A stretch of DNA of 64,000 nucleotides from positions 288,001-352,000 of the forward strand of contig CAWDXE010000004.1 of assembly GCA_963806185.1 (NCBI GenBank). The letters are read 5' to 3'. Both the position numbers and the translations under genes were made by a program. Position 1 is the stretch's first letter, and every line of letters begins with the position of its first letter. The notes under the pieces were generated by a model. It was given only the letters and a program-made list of their open reading frames with translations, searched no databases and was not told the origin of the DNA. The stretch comes from an uncultured candidate division Zixibacteria bacterium (GTDB lineage Bacteria > Zixibacteria > MSB-5A5 > GN15 > FEB-12). This document shows positions 17,255 through 35,823 of the stretch, piece after piece.

Positions 17255-19233
17255 CGGCGACAAGACAGATGGCCTTACTTGACTCCATAAAGTGCCCTGC
17301 AGATCTCAAGCGATTGACCCCCGATCAGTTGATTGAATTGGTCGGTGAACTGCGCAGTGAGATTGTGACGGCAGTCGCCGATAATGGCGGACACCTTGCA
17401 TCGAATCTGGGAGCGGTCGAACTTACGGTCGCCCTCCATTTCGTGTTTGATGCTCCCAAAGACAAGATCATCTGGGACGTCAGCCACCAGACCTACAGCC
17501 ACAAGATTCTCACCGGTCGCCGCGACAAGATGACGACTCTTCGCCAATACAAAGGTTTGTCAGGATACGCCAAGCGCGAGGAATCAGCATACGATCACTT
17601 CGGCGCCGGGCACGCGTCAACATCGATCTCCGCCGCCCTGGGTTTTGCCTGTGCCCGTGATTTGCACAAGGACGATTACAGAGTGGTGGCCGTTATTGGC
17701 GACGGTGCCATGACCGGCGGGTTGGCGTTTGAAGGGATGAATAACGCCGGCTCGCTCAAGCAGAACATGCTCGTCATTCTCAACGACAATACCTGGTCAA
17801 TATCGCGAAATGTCGGTGCCATATCCAAATACCTGACGGGCATCATGGCTGACGAGAAATTCCAGAAGCTGCGCAACGAGGTCTGGGAACTGACCGGAAA
17901 ATTCAAGCGCCGTGACAAGATTCGCGAGACCATCCATGCACTGGAAAATTCGATCAAAGGATTTCTGGTCCCTGGTATGCTGTTCGAGCGGCTCGGATTT
18001 CGCTACTTTGGCCCCATCGACGGCCACGACCTGCCGTTATTGATCAAGACGCTCCGCGATATCAAGTCCATTCCCGGCCCCAAGCTTCTGCACGTGGCAA
18101 CAATCAAGGGCAAGGGGTACGAATTCTCTGAGTCCGACGCGTTTTCATACCACGGCGTGGGCAAGTTCGATAAAGTGACCGGCAAGGGGATGAAGCCGTC
18201 AGGCGGCTACCCGGCCTACACGAAGATTTTCGGCGAAACGATGATTGAGCTGGCGCAGAAGAATGAGCGCGTCATCGCCATCACCGCCGCCATGTCGCAG
18301 GGGACCGGTCTCGATGAATTTGCGCAGCGGTTCCCGGAACGGTTTTACGACGTCGGCATTGCTGAAGCCCATGCGGCTTGTTTCTCGGCTGCCATGGCCG
18401 CAGAAAAGGCCAAGCCCTACCTGACCGTCTACTCGACCTTCATGCAGCGTGCCTACGATCAGGTCATTCACGACATGGCCATTCAGAACCTGCCGGTTAC
18501 TATTTGTATGGACCGCGCCGGTTTGGTGGGCAACGATGGTCCGACTCATCACGGTGTGTTTGACATCGCCTACTTGTCGACTGTGCCAAATGTGACGCTC
18601 GCCGCGCCCAAAGACGGGGACGAACTGCGGTCCATGCTGCATCATACCGTCGACCACGACCTGGCCGGCCTCGTGGCCATTCGCTATCCGCGCGATAACA
18701 CTCCCACCCCGGTATCCGCTGAGATAGAACCGATCGCGTGGGGAACGTGGGAATGGATGACCGATCCCGACGAGGTCGTCGTGCTGGCGGTGGGAACGAT
18801 GGTCCTGAGTGCACTGGAGGCGACCCAGAAGTTGTCAGGGAAGAGTATTGATATCAGTGTGGTCAACGCCCGATTCATTAAACCGTTTGATATGGAAATG
18901 CTCACATCCATCGCGAAGTCTGCCCGCATTATCTTCACGGTCGAAGAGGCGCAATTGCGTGGCGGCTTCGGACAGGCTATTGCCGAGTACCTGCTGTCCA
19001 CGGGCTTCACGGGAAAGTTCAAGGCGCTGGGCATTCCGGACCGGTTTGTCACCCATGGTGATCGGGCTGACTTGCTGTGCGAGGTAGGCCTGGATGGACT
19101 CGGTGTGGCGGCAAGTATCGAGAGCTTTGTGACCGAGCAGTCGAAGACGACTGGCGGATTCCTCCATCGCCTCAACCTGCGGCGGAACGGCGCCGGCATC
19201 CGCCGAAAAGATTTCCTCAGAAACGTCGGATAA
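17251..19233 (+). CDS. dxs: 1-deoxy-D-xylulose-5-phosphate synthase
   Basis: GGHLASNLG, GHASTSISA, IGDGAMTGG, GPIDGHD, DVGIAE, DGPTHHG. Confidence 0.97.
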   Translation: MTATRQMALLDSIKCPADLKRLTPDQLIELVGELRSEIVTAVADNGGHLASNLGAVELTVALHFVFDAPKDKIIWDVSHQTYSHKILTGRRDKMTTLRQYKGLSGYAKREESAYDHFGAGHASTSISAALGFACARDLHKDDYRVVAVIGDGAMTGGLAFEGMNNAGSLKQNMLVILNDNTWSISRNVGAISKYLTGIMADEKFQKLRNEVWELTGKFKRRDKIRETIHALENSIKGFLVPGMLFERLGFRYFGPIDGHDLPLLIKTLRDIKSIPGPKLLHVATIKGKGYEFSESDAFSYHGVGKFDKVTGKGMKPSGGYPAYTKIFGETMIELAQKNERVIAITAAMSQGTGLDEFAQRFPERFYDVGIAEAHAACFSAAMAAEKAKPYLTVYSTFMQRAYDQVIHDMAIQNLPVTICMDRAGLVGNDGPTHHGVFDIAYLSTVPNVTLAAPKDGDELRSMLHHTVDHDLAGLVAIRYPRDNTPTPVSAEIEPIAWGTWEWMTDPDEVVVLAVGTMVLSALEATQKLSGKSIDISVVNARFIKPFDMEMLTSIAKSARIIFTVEEAQLRGGFGQAIAEYLLSTGFTGKFKALGIPDRFVTHGDRADLLCEVGLDGLGVAASIESFVTEQSKTTGGFLHRLNLRRNGAGIRRKDFLRNVG

Positions 19234-19249
19234 CAGCCGGCTGCCGGAT

Positions 19250-20470
19250 TCACTGCCACGGCGGTGTCGTGTTTGATTTCAAGTAACTCAACCACGCCGA
19301 TTGACCATTCTGCTCTACGTACGCTTTCACCTTTCGATAGCCGACGCCGTAGTACGGGTCGGGATCGTCTTCCATCTTGTCGGTGAGGTATTTGGCTTCG
19401 ATGTTCGACATCTCGCGCAGCACCAGGTACGTGGCGTAGTTGCAGCTCCCTTCGCATAGCGCCTTGTCGTTATGCAGCGGTGCGTTGAGGAATTGCCATA
19501 CGTGCATCAGTTCATGCGTAACCGCGCTGAGCATTTGCAGGCGCGGCATGCCGTACAGCAGGTAAATATTCATCTTTCGGTTCTTGACCAGCCCGAAAAG
19601 AGCTGTGGATTCCCGGTAATCGGTAAAACCTTTGACGGTCTTTTCATCGGACCTTGTGATGCTGGCCAATTCGGCCTGATCCACCAGGATTACGCGAACC
19701 GAGGAGGGGTCCACATCGATGCCCAGGAAGCGGAGTTTCACCGCCGCCACTATCAGCAGCGATTCAGCCGCTTCCGATTCAGTTATGGCGCCGGGGGCAC
19801 ATATGCCGCAGAGAATCCGACCGTCCTTCCACGTGCGGCTGCCGACGTTCAACTCCGGCGTGATCAGTCGCTGGCAGAAATCGCACTCCTTGGCTTTCCC
19901 CTTGTGGGCGTCGTGGTAGCTGTTCCCCCAGTAATCCTTGAGGTAGTGGCCTTCGATGAACCCGCCGCAATATGCGCACTTCACCGCCACGTCGGTCTGA
20001 TAACATGATTCGTGATACTTCTGCCCCTCATAAATGACGAATGGCCCGTCGAGTACTTTGCCGCATACGCCGCAGCGGGACGCAATGTGCTCGGTGTAGC
20101 ATGAATCGTGATATTGCTTTCCTTCGTACTTCGTGAAGGTGCCGTTCAATTTCCCGCCGCAGAAATCGCAACGCAGGGAGTAAAGCTCCTCGTAGCAGGT
20201 GCGGTCGTATATCTTGCCGTCTTTGGTGAAGTACTCCTGTCGGCCGATCGCTTTCCGGCAGTGGGCGCACGAAAAGTGCTCCGGGTGGTACGTTTTGCCT
20301 TCGGCGGTCACCCAATTACCAGTGGTAATCGGTTTGCCGCACCCGGCGCAGACAAGTTTCTGTGCCGTGGCTGAGATACCGATGCCCAGGAGCAGGAGGG
20401 CGACAAGAATGGTCAGGTTGATTGCCCGGCAAGCGGCCGCATGATGAGAGCGCGAGAAACGAGTATCCAT
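19250..20470 (-). CDS. Secreted LIM zinc-finger plus DA1-like zinc metallopeptidase
   Basis: Signal peptide ending ATA-Q; six CxxC...[HDC]xx[HC] knuckles; THELMHVW (HExxH), EGSC and DPYYGVGYR motifs. Confidence 0.85.
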   Translation of the reverse strand: MDTRFSRSHHAAACRAINLTILVALLLLGIGISATAQKLVCAGCGKPITTGNWVTAEGKTYHPEHFSCAHCRKAIGRQEYFTKDGKIYDRTCYEELYSLRCDFCGGKLNGTFTKYEGKQYHDSCYTEHIASRCGVCGKVLDGPFVIYEGQKYHESCYQTDVAVKCAYCGGFIEGHYLKDYWGNSYHDAHKGKAKECDFCQRLITPELNVGSRTWKDGRILCGICAPGAITESEAAESLLIVAAVKLRFLGIDVDPSSVRVILVDQAELASITRSDEKTVKGFTDYRESTALFGLVKNRKMNIYLLYGMPRLQMLSAVTHELMHVWQFLNAPLHNDKALCEGSCNYATYLVLREMSNIEAKYLTDKMEDDPDPYYGVGYRKVKAYVEQNGQSAWLSYLKSNTTPPWQ

Positions 20471-20544
20471 GTTCCTACCGTATACTGCCGAATCGTTACG
20501 TCGTTCCAGAACCGAGAAATCAGCATACGCTGTTTAATGGTAAC

Positions 20545-20573
20545 TTGCCAACCGGATTTGCATTCCCTACTTT
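20545..20573 (+). promoter_or_regulatory. Sigma70-type promoter for nadK
   Basis: TTGCCA-17 bp-TACTTT, GGAG SD before ATG 20596. Confidence 0.5.
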
Positions 20574-20595
20574 CGCCTTGGGAGATCACCTAGCT

Positions 20596-21459
20596 ATGAA
20601 ATTCGGATTGGTAGTAAACCTGCAGCGACCCGGCGCCTTGAACGCCATTCAGTCCTGTCTCCACTGGGGGAAGAAGCACGGTCATGCCATGATCCTCTGC
20701 GACGAGGTCCGGCCGGTAATTGGCACCTCGGGCAAGTACCTTTCGCGCGACAAAATTGCCGCCAAAGTCGACGTCATGATCTCCATGGGCGGTGACGGGA
20801 CAATGCTGGCTACGGCGCGAGCGGTCGGTTCTACTGGCACACCCATTCTCGGGATCAATCTGGGCTCGCTTGGCTTCCTGACCCAGCAGACTCCGGTCGA
20901 ACTGGAGTCGGCGTTGGAGACTATCGTGGCCGGCCGACACACCCTTCAGGAACGTATGCTTCTTCGTGCCCAGGTGGGGAAAGATAAGTCGCGATTGAAG
21001 ACGCCGTATGCGCTGAATGACGTCGTCATCAATAACGGAGATATCAGCCGGGTGCTCGATATCACCATGTCGGTCAATGGGGAGGACGTCGTCACCTATG
21101 TCGCCGACGGACTCGTTATTGCCACCCCCACCGGATCAACGGCCTACAATCTGGCGGTCGGGGGACCCATCCTGCACCCGAGCATCGAAGCCATCATTGC
21201 GTCGCCGATTGCTCCCTTCTCGCTCACGACCCGGCCGATGATCCTCTCAGCCAATGATCTGCTGGAGGTTATTATACAGTCCAAGGGGCGCGAAGCAAAC
21301 CTCACCCTTGACGGACAAATCATGGTGCCCGTGCAGAACGGGGAGAAGGTCTCGGTCCGCCGTGCTGAATTTCGGACGCGCTTTGTCGAGCTGCCCGACG
21401 GCACTTTCTTCAAGGTGCTGCGAAACAAACTGAATTGGGGACTTCGTCCCGGCTCTTGA
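20596..21459 (+). CDS. nadK: NAD kinase
   Basis: GGDGTML, GINLGSLGFL, ALNDVV, DGLVIATPTGSTAY, LDGQ. Confidence 0.95.
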   Translation: MKFGLVVNLQRPGALNAIQSCLHWGKKHGHAMILCDEVRPVIGTSGKYLSRDKIAAKVDVMISMGGDGTMLATARAVGSTGTPILGINLGSLGFLTQQTPVELESALETIVAGRHTLQERMLLRAQVGKDKSRLKTPYALNDVVINNGDISRVLDITMSVNGEDVVTYVADGLVIATPTGSTAYNLAVGGPILHPSIEAIIASPIAPFSLTTRPMILSANDLLEVIIQSKGREANLTLDGQIMVPVQNGEKVSVRRAEFRTRFVELPDGTFFKVLRNKLNWGLRPGS

Positions 21460-21474
21460 TTGCCGAAAAAGAAC

Positions 21475-21503
21475 TTGCCCCACTGGAACGGATAAAATAG
21501 TAT
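21475..21503 (+). promoter_or_regulatory. Promoter for tRNA-Gly
   Basis: TTGCCC-17 bp-TAGTAT ending 10 nt before the tRNA. Confidence 0.55.
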
Positions 21504-21513
21504 GTCACCGCGC

Positions 21514-21586
21514 GCGGGAGTAACTCAGTTGGTAGAGTCACAGCCTTCCAAGCTGTTGGTCGCGGGTTCGAGTCCCGTCTCCCGCT
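21514..21586 (+). tRNA. tRNA-Gly(TCC), CCA not encoded
   Basis: GCGGGAG/CTCCCGC acceptor; ACAGC-CT TCC AA-GCTGT anticodon arm; GGTTCGAGTCC. Confidence 0.95.
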
Positions 21587-21612
21587 TTTCATTTTCACGG
21601 ATCGTATAGAAC

Positions 21613-22191
21613 ATGCACTACCGTCTGTTCGTCGCTTTCATCCTCACCGCCCTTCTCTGCTCGATCGGGTGTATTCAGCGCAAAACGGAGAAGATCACCA
21701 AGAAGGACTCGCCGGTCACGGCGGAACTGACGTCTGCGTTGAATGACCTGACCAGTTATATACATGACCGTCCTACTGATACCAGTCAGATCAACGCCTA
21801 TGCTCGACAGCTTCGCCTGCGCGTCTACAAGTTTTTGGCTCAGGCGCTGATTGTTGAGCCTGCCGATCTCTACCGTGCGGCCTACTTGATTCAGGCCGGT
21901 GATCTTACTCCTGATGCCGACCGTTTTCTGCTGGCCCGGCAGTTGGCGATCGAATGCGCCGAGCATGGTCATCAGAACGGGAAGCTCTTGGCGGCAATCT
22001 GCTTGGATCGATACTTGGTGGCGGCGGGGCAGCCTCAGAAATACGGCACACAATACACCCTCAGCGCCACCGGCTGGCCACTCATCTGCCCCTATGACAC
22101 GTTAACCACTGATTCCGAACGAGTTGCGTGGAATGTACCACCACTCGATTCACTGAAAGCCAATCCGTTGCTCCTGTCTAATCGCCTATAA
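21613..22191 (+). CDS. Hypothetical lipoprotein
   Basis: Lipobox SIGC after a hydrophobic stretch; DRYLV..GQPQKYGTQY motif reminiscent of DUF6624. Confidence 0.65.
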   Translation: MHYRLFVAFILTALLCSIGCIQRKTEKITKKDSPVTAELTSALNDLTSYIHDRPTDTSQINAYARQLRLRVYKFLAQALIVEPADLYRAAYLIQAGDLTPDADRFLLARQLAIECAEHGHQNGKLLAAICLDRYLVAAGQPQKYGTQYTLSATGWPLICPYDTLTTDSERVAWNVPPLDSLKANPLLLSNRL

Positions 22192-22324
22192 CTGGGGAGC
22201 TTAGGCGGAATGACGCGTTGAAGGGATCATTTCCTGCCCCCTACAATTAATAACCTGTCTCCTTGCCTCGAATGGCGCTCGGGGCGGCTCGCCGCAGATT
22301 GGGGAAAATCCTGTAAGATTCGAC

Positions 22325-22352
22325 TTGACAGTGATTTGGTCGCCGATATATT
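22325..22352 (+). promoter_or_regulatory. Promoter of the tRNA-Thr/tuf cluster
   Basis: TTGACA-16 bp-TATATT. Confidence 0.6.
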
Positions 22353-22420
22353 TAGGGCTCGCCTAACGGGCGTGGTATGTCTTTTTTTGTCGGTGACTTA
22401 CGCCGCAAGAAATTTAGACT

Positions 22421-22493
22421 GCCCAGATAGCTCAGTTGGTAGAGCACATCCTTGGTAAGGATGAGGTCACCAGTTCGATCCTGGTTCTGGGCT
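22421..22493 (+). tRNA. tRNA-Thr(GGT)
   Basis: GCCCAGA/TCTGGGC acceptor; CATCC-TT GGT AA-GGATG; directly upstream of tuf. Confidence 0.95.
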
Positions 22494-22522
22494 TATGATT
22501 TTTTAGAGGAGTCGAGGTCGCG

Positions 22523-23734
<1,212 letters not shown>

Positions 23735-23758
23735 ACGTTTTTGGCTTGATGGTGGATA

Positions 23759-23912
23759 ATGCCCAGAGATAGAATTACACTGGCCTGCGGTGAATGTAAG
23801 CGCCGCAATTACGATACGATGAAGAACAAACGTCTGCATCCGGACCGGGTGGAGTACACGCAAGTATTGTCCGTTCTGCAACAAGCATACGATGCACAAG
23901 GAGACCCGGTAA
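23759..23912 (+). CDS. rpmG: Ribosomal protein L33, zinc-ribbon type (one frameshift)
   Basis: [18 protein letters not shown]...[16 protein letters not shown] read by hand. Confidence 0.9.
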
Positions 23913-23921
23913 GCCAACTAT

Positions 23922-23997
23922 AGGCCAGTAGCTCCAATGGTAGAGCGCCGGTCTCCAAAACCGGATGTTGGGGGTTCGAGTCCCTCCTGGCCTGCCA
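23922..23997 (+). tRNA. tRNA-Trp(CCA), CCA end encoded
   Basis: AGGCCAG/CTGGCCT acceptor; CCGGT-CT CCA AA-ACCGG. Confidence 0.95.
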
Positions 23998-24014
23998 AAT
24001 GATAAAGGTGCCCG

Positions 24015-24219
24015 GTGCAGGAAAAGATAAAGAAGTACTTGAAAGAGACGATCGCCGAGCTTCGCAAGATGACCTGGCCGACGCAGGGACGAGCTGATCG
24101 GTTCGACATCGTCACGATCGTCGTGTCACTTGATTGTGGCGGTCTTTATCGGGATCGTCGATCGCATCCTCGTCTGCGGCGTGTCACGATCATCTTTGGC
24201 GGCGGGTCAGGGGGGATAA
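24015..24219 (+). CDS. secE: Preprotein translocase SecE (frameshifted)
   Basis: ELRKMTWP motif; position between tRNA-Trp and nusG. Confidence 0.85.
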
Positions 24220-24222
24220 GCA

Positions 24223-24797
24223 GTGACGCTTGCGCTGGTACGTCGCACACACCTATTCGGGTCACGAACAGAAGGCCAAGACGGTATCTGGAGTCGGCTA
24301 TTGTCAATGCCGGGCTGCAGGAGAAGTTCGGTCAGATTCTGATTCCGACCGAACAGGTGACGGAGATGAAGCAGGGGAAGCGGGCGACTTCGACCAAGAA
24401 GTTCCTGCCCAGCTACATCCTTATCGAGATGGACCTCGACAAGGAGACGCAGAACCTGGTCGTCAACACGCCGGGAATCACCAATTTCGTCGGCGCCGGC
24501 GGCAAGCCGCAGCCGCTGCGCGAGGAAGAAGTCGAGCGCATTGTCGGGCAGATCGACCGCAGCCGCACCGAAGAAGTCTCCGAAATTCCGTTCCAGGCCG
24601 GCGATCCGGTGAAGGTGAACGACGGTCCGTTTATGGATTTCTCCGGCACCGTCAGCGAAGTGAATATGGAACGTCGAAAGGTCAAAGTGATGGTTTCGAT
24701 CTTCGGTCGTCCGACGCCGGTCGAGCTTGATTTCCTCCAGGTGGAGCTGGTCAAAGCCGAAGAGCTAAGTGAAGTATTACATTTGATTGGAGAATAG
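24223..24797 (+). CDS. nusG: Transcription factor NusG (frameshifted; true stop may be 24768)
   Basis: [43 protein letters not shown]. Confidence 0.93.
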
Positions 24798-24803
24798 AGC
24801 AAC

Positions 24804-25233
24804 GTGGCAAAGAAAGATCACAGCATTACGTCAAGCTTCAGATTCCCGCCGGTCAGGCCAATCCGGCTCCGCCGGTCGGTCCGGCGCTCGGTCAGCGCGG
24901 CGTGAATATCATGGAGTTCTGCAAGGCGTTTAACGCCCGCACGCAGGGCGGCAGCGGCATGTCTGACTCCGGTGATCATCACCGTGTACACCGACAAGTC
25001 GTTTACGTTTATCACCAAGACGCCGCCGGCGTCGACGCTGCTCAAGAAGGCGGCCAAGATCCAAAGCGGCTCGAAGGTCCCGAACAAGGACAAGGTCGGA
25101 CGGGTGACCAACGATCAGGTGCAAGGAGATCGCAGCAACTAAAGATGGATGATCTGAATGCAGCGTCGCTCGAGGCGGCGATGTCGATGGTCGAGGGAAC
25201 CGCCCGCTCGATGGGTATCGAAGTCATAGATAA
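24804..25233 (+). CDS. rplK: Ribosomal protein L11 (frameshifted)
   Basis: [37 protein letters not shown]. Confidence 0.92.
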
Positions 25234-25245
25234 CGGCCTACAGCG

Positions 25246-25296
25246 CTATTCGTTAGCACCTGGACGGCATGTCGCCGCGACCAGGGAGAATAGGAG
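25246..25296 (+). promoter_or_regulatory. Candidate L1-binding autoregulatory hairpin before rplA
   Basis: CCTGG-A-CGGC-ATGTC-GCCG-CGA-CCAGG asymmetric-loop hairpin inside CTATTC/GAATAG, which overlaps the SD. Confidence 0.4.
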
Positions 25297-25299
25297 TGT

Positions 25300-26011
25300 A
25301 TGAAACATTCGAAGAAGTATCAGGCTTTTCGCGAGAAGGTCGACCGGCGCAAACGGTACCCGCTGCACGGAGGCGGTGAAGCTCCTCAAAGAAAACCACT
25401 ACGCCAAGTTCGACGAATCGGTCGAAGTGGCCGTGCGTCTCGGGGTGAACCCAAGCACGCCGACCAGATGGTTCGTGGAACGGTGGCGCTGCCGCACGGC
25501 ACCGGTAAGTCGGTCCGGGTGGCGGTCTTTGCGCCAGGGTGACAAGGCGCCAGGAGGCCCGCGATGCCGGCGCCGATTTTGTCGGGGCCGAAGATCTGGC
25601 CGAAAAAGTCAAAGGGGGCTGGACCGATTTCGATGTGGCGGTCGCCACCCCGGACATGATGCGCGTGCTCGGGCAGTTGGGTAAGATTCTCGGCCCGCGC
25701 GGTCTTATGCCGAATCCGAAGACCGGCACGGTGACGATGGACGTCTCCACAAACGGTCAAGGAACTGAAGGGCGGCCGAATCGAATTCCGCATCGACAAG
25801 CAGGCCAATATCGCCGTGTCGGTCGGCAAGATTGTCGTTCGGAGAAGCAGCAGATAGTCGAAAATGTCAATGCATTCATCGACGCCATCATGCGCGCCAA
25901 GCCGGCGACGGCCAAGGGGCCGTATCTGCTCGTCGGCGTCGATCTGTTCGACGATGAGCCCGGGCATCAAGCTCGATCACGACGAGCTGATCGCTGAGCT
26001 CGAAGAAGTAA
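25300..26011 (+). CDS. rplA: Ribosomal protein L1 (frameshifted)
   Basis: [37 protein letters not shown]. Confidence 0.93.
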
Positions 26012-26030
26012 GCCAGGGAGGAGAGAGTAC

Positions 26031-26570
26031 ATGCCGAAACCGGAAAAAGTAGAAGCCGTCGCCGAGATGAAGGAGCTCTTCGAGCAGGCCGAGTCCTTCT
26101 TCGTCACCGACTATCAGGGTCTGAATGTCGCCGACATCACCGTGCTGCGCACGCAATCTGCGCAAGAGGAATGTCCGCTACATGGTCGCCAAAAACACGC
26201 TGCTCAGACCGAGCGGCCAACGAAGCCGGCACGACCGGGCCTCGAGAAGTACTTCAAGGGTCCGACTGCGGTCGCGTTTGCGCTCAACGATCCGCCGGTC
26301 GCCGCCAAAATCCTGAACGATTCGTTCAAGGAAAAGCAGCTTCCTCGGATCAAAGCGTTCGTCGTCAGACGAGCAGATCCATGGTCCGGACGCCATCGGT
26401 CGGCTGGCCGATCTGCCGTCGCGCGAAGTGCTCCTGTCGATGTCGTCGGCAGCTGTCGAGGCTCCGCTCCAGCAGCTGTGTCAGCACGCGTCGACGGCTT
26501 CTTCAGCCGAGCTGGTCGGACCGTCGATGCCCTGGCGGAGAAGCGAAAGGGAGCGGCCAGTGAGGAATAA
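26031..26570 (+). CDS. rplJ: Ribosomal protein L10 (frameshifted)
   Basis: DYQGLNV, VAKNTL, FKGPTAVAF, LADLPSRE. Confidence 0.9.
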   Translation: MPKPEKVEAVAEMKELFEQAESFFVTDYQGLNVADITVLRTQSAQEECPLHGRQKHAAQTERPTKPARPGLEKYFKGPTAVAFALNDPPVAAKILNDSFKEKQLPRIKAFVVRRADPWSGRHRSAGRSAVARSAPVDVVGSCRGSAPAAVSARVDGFFSRAGRTVDALAEKRKGAASEE

Positions 26571-26698
26571 GAGAGACGATGATAGCGGCTCTCCCGGCCC
26601 ATGCTTCTAAACGGTTCGTCTCACCGTTTGGGCTGGAAGCCGCCCCGATAGAAACGACGAAAGTGTAAGCTGAACAATATAGTAGAGAGGTTAGTACC

Positions 26699-27086
26699 GT
26701 GTCTAACGTAGCAATTAACGAAATTGTTGACAAGATCGCCGGGTTGAGCGCGATGGATCTGGCCGACTTGTCCAAGGCCATCCAGGACAAGTTTGGCGTG
26801 ACGGCCGCCGCTCCGATGGCGATGATGCCGGGATGATGCCCGGTGGCGGTGCCGCCGCCGCCCCGGCCGAAGAGCAGACCGAATTTGCCGTCATGCTGAC
26901 CGGCTGCCGGCGACAAGAAGATCCAGGTGATCAAGGTCGTGCGCGAGCTGACCAGCCTCGGTCTGAAGGAAGCCAAGGACCTGGTTGAAGCGCCCCGGCC
27001 AAGGTGAAAGAAGGCATCTCCAAGGAAGAGGCCGACGCCGCCAAGGCGAAGCTTGAAGAAGTCGGCGCACCGTCGAAATCAAGTAA
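26699..27086 (+). CDS. rplL: Ribosomal protein L7/L12 (frameshifted)
   Basis: GTG start; [39 protein letters not shown]. Confidence 0.92.
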
Positions 27087-27304
27087 GTTCCGACTTCGCT
27101 GCCCGGCCGGGAACCATTGGACTTCCCGGCCGGTTAAGCATGTCTAGTGCGAGGAGTGTCTTTCAATTCCCGTTGTCGTTCTTTGATATTGGTGTGATTG
27201 ACTGCACGAATCGGCTCCCCATCAGCGACGATGCTGGGGAGACAATGAAATAGATGACAGGATCACCAGACGTCATAAATTATCAATTGTGTGGCGGAGT
27301 CGCT

Positions 27305-27343
27305 CCCGCGGCAGAGTCGCTGTGCCGTGGGTGTTCTTTCTTT
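27305..27343 (+). terminator. Attenuator-like terminator upstream of rpoB
   Basis: CCCGCGGCAGAG-TCG-CTGTGCCGTGGG followed by TGTTCTTTCTTT. Confidence 0.5.
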
Positions 27344-27359
27344 GTAGGAGGGTACTCCT

Positions 27360-31156
<3,797 letters not shown>

Positions 31157-31221
31157 GCGCGTAGTTTGGGAAGTAATCCGGCCGGAGTTCGCTCGCGGCC
31201 GGACAACGATAAAAGGAGTAA

Positions 31222-35372
<4,151 letters not shown>

Positions 35373-35431
35373 GCGAGTCTCTTTTTATGTGCTTTCGCTT
35401 GACTCGTTATTGATGTGATAGAGGAGTATTT

Positions 35432-35807
35432 GTGCCGACGATTAGTCAGTTGATCCGTAAGGGACGCATAGAGATAGTCGAAAAGACCAAGACCCCGGCG
35501 TTGCAGGAATCGCCCGCAGAAGCGCGGTGTCTGCACCCGTGTGTATACGTCGACCCCGAAGAAGCCGAATTCGGCCCTTCGGAAAGTGGCTCGCGTGCGC
35601 CTGACCAATCAGATTGAAGTAACGGCCTATATTCCCGGTGAAGGACACAATCTGCAGGAGCACTCGATCGTGCTCATTCGCGGCGGTCGTGTTAAAGATC
35701 TCCCGGGTGTGCGGTATCATATCATCCGCGGGACCATGGACACCTCCGGCGTAAATGATCGTCGGAAGAGCCGTTCCAAGTACGGCGCCAAGCGGCCCAA
35801 AGGTTAA
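35432..35807 (+). CDS. rpsL: Ribosomal protein S12 (one frameshift)
   Basis: [30 protein letters not shown]. Confidence 0.96.
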
Positions 35808-35823
35808 GTGGTAGGGAAGTAGT

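Noticed and set aside
19780..20360. Multiheme cytochrome c reading of the Cys-rich exported protein
   Set aside because: None of the CxxC motifs is followed directly by His; the spacing fits LIM-type zinc knuckles
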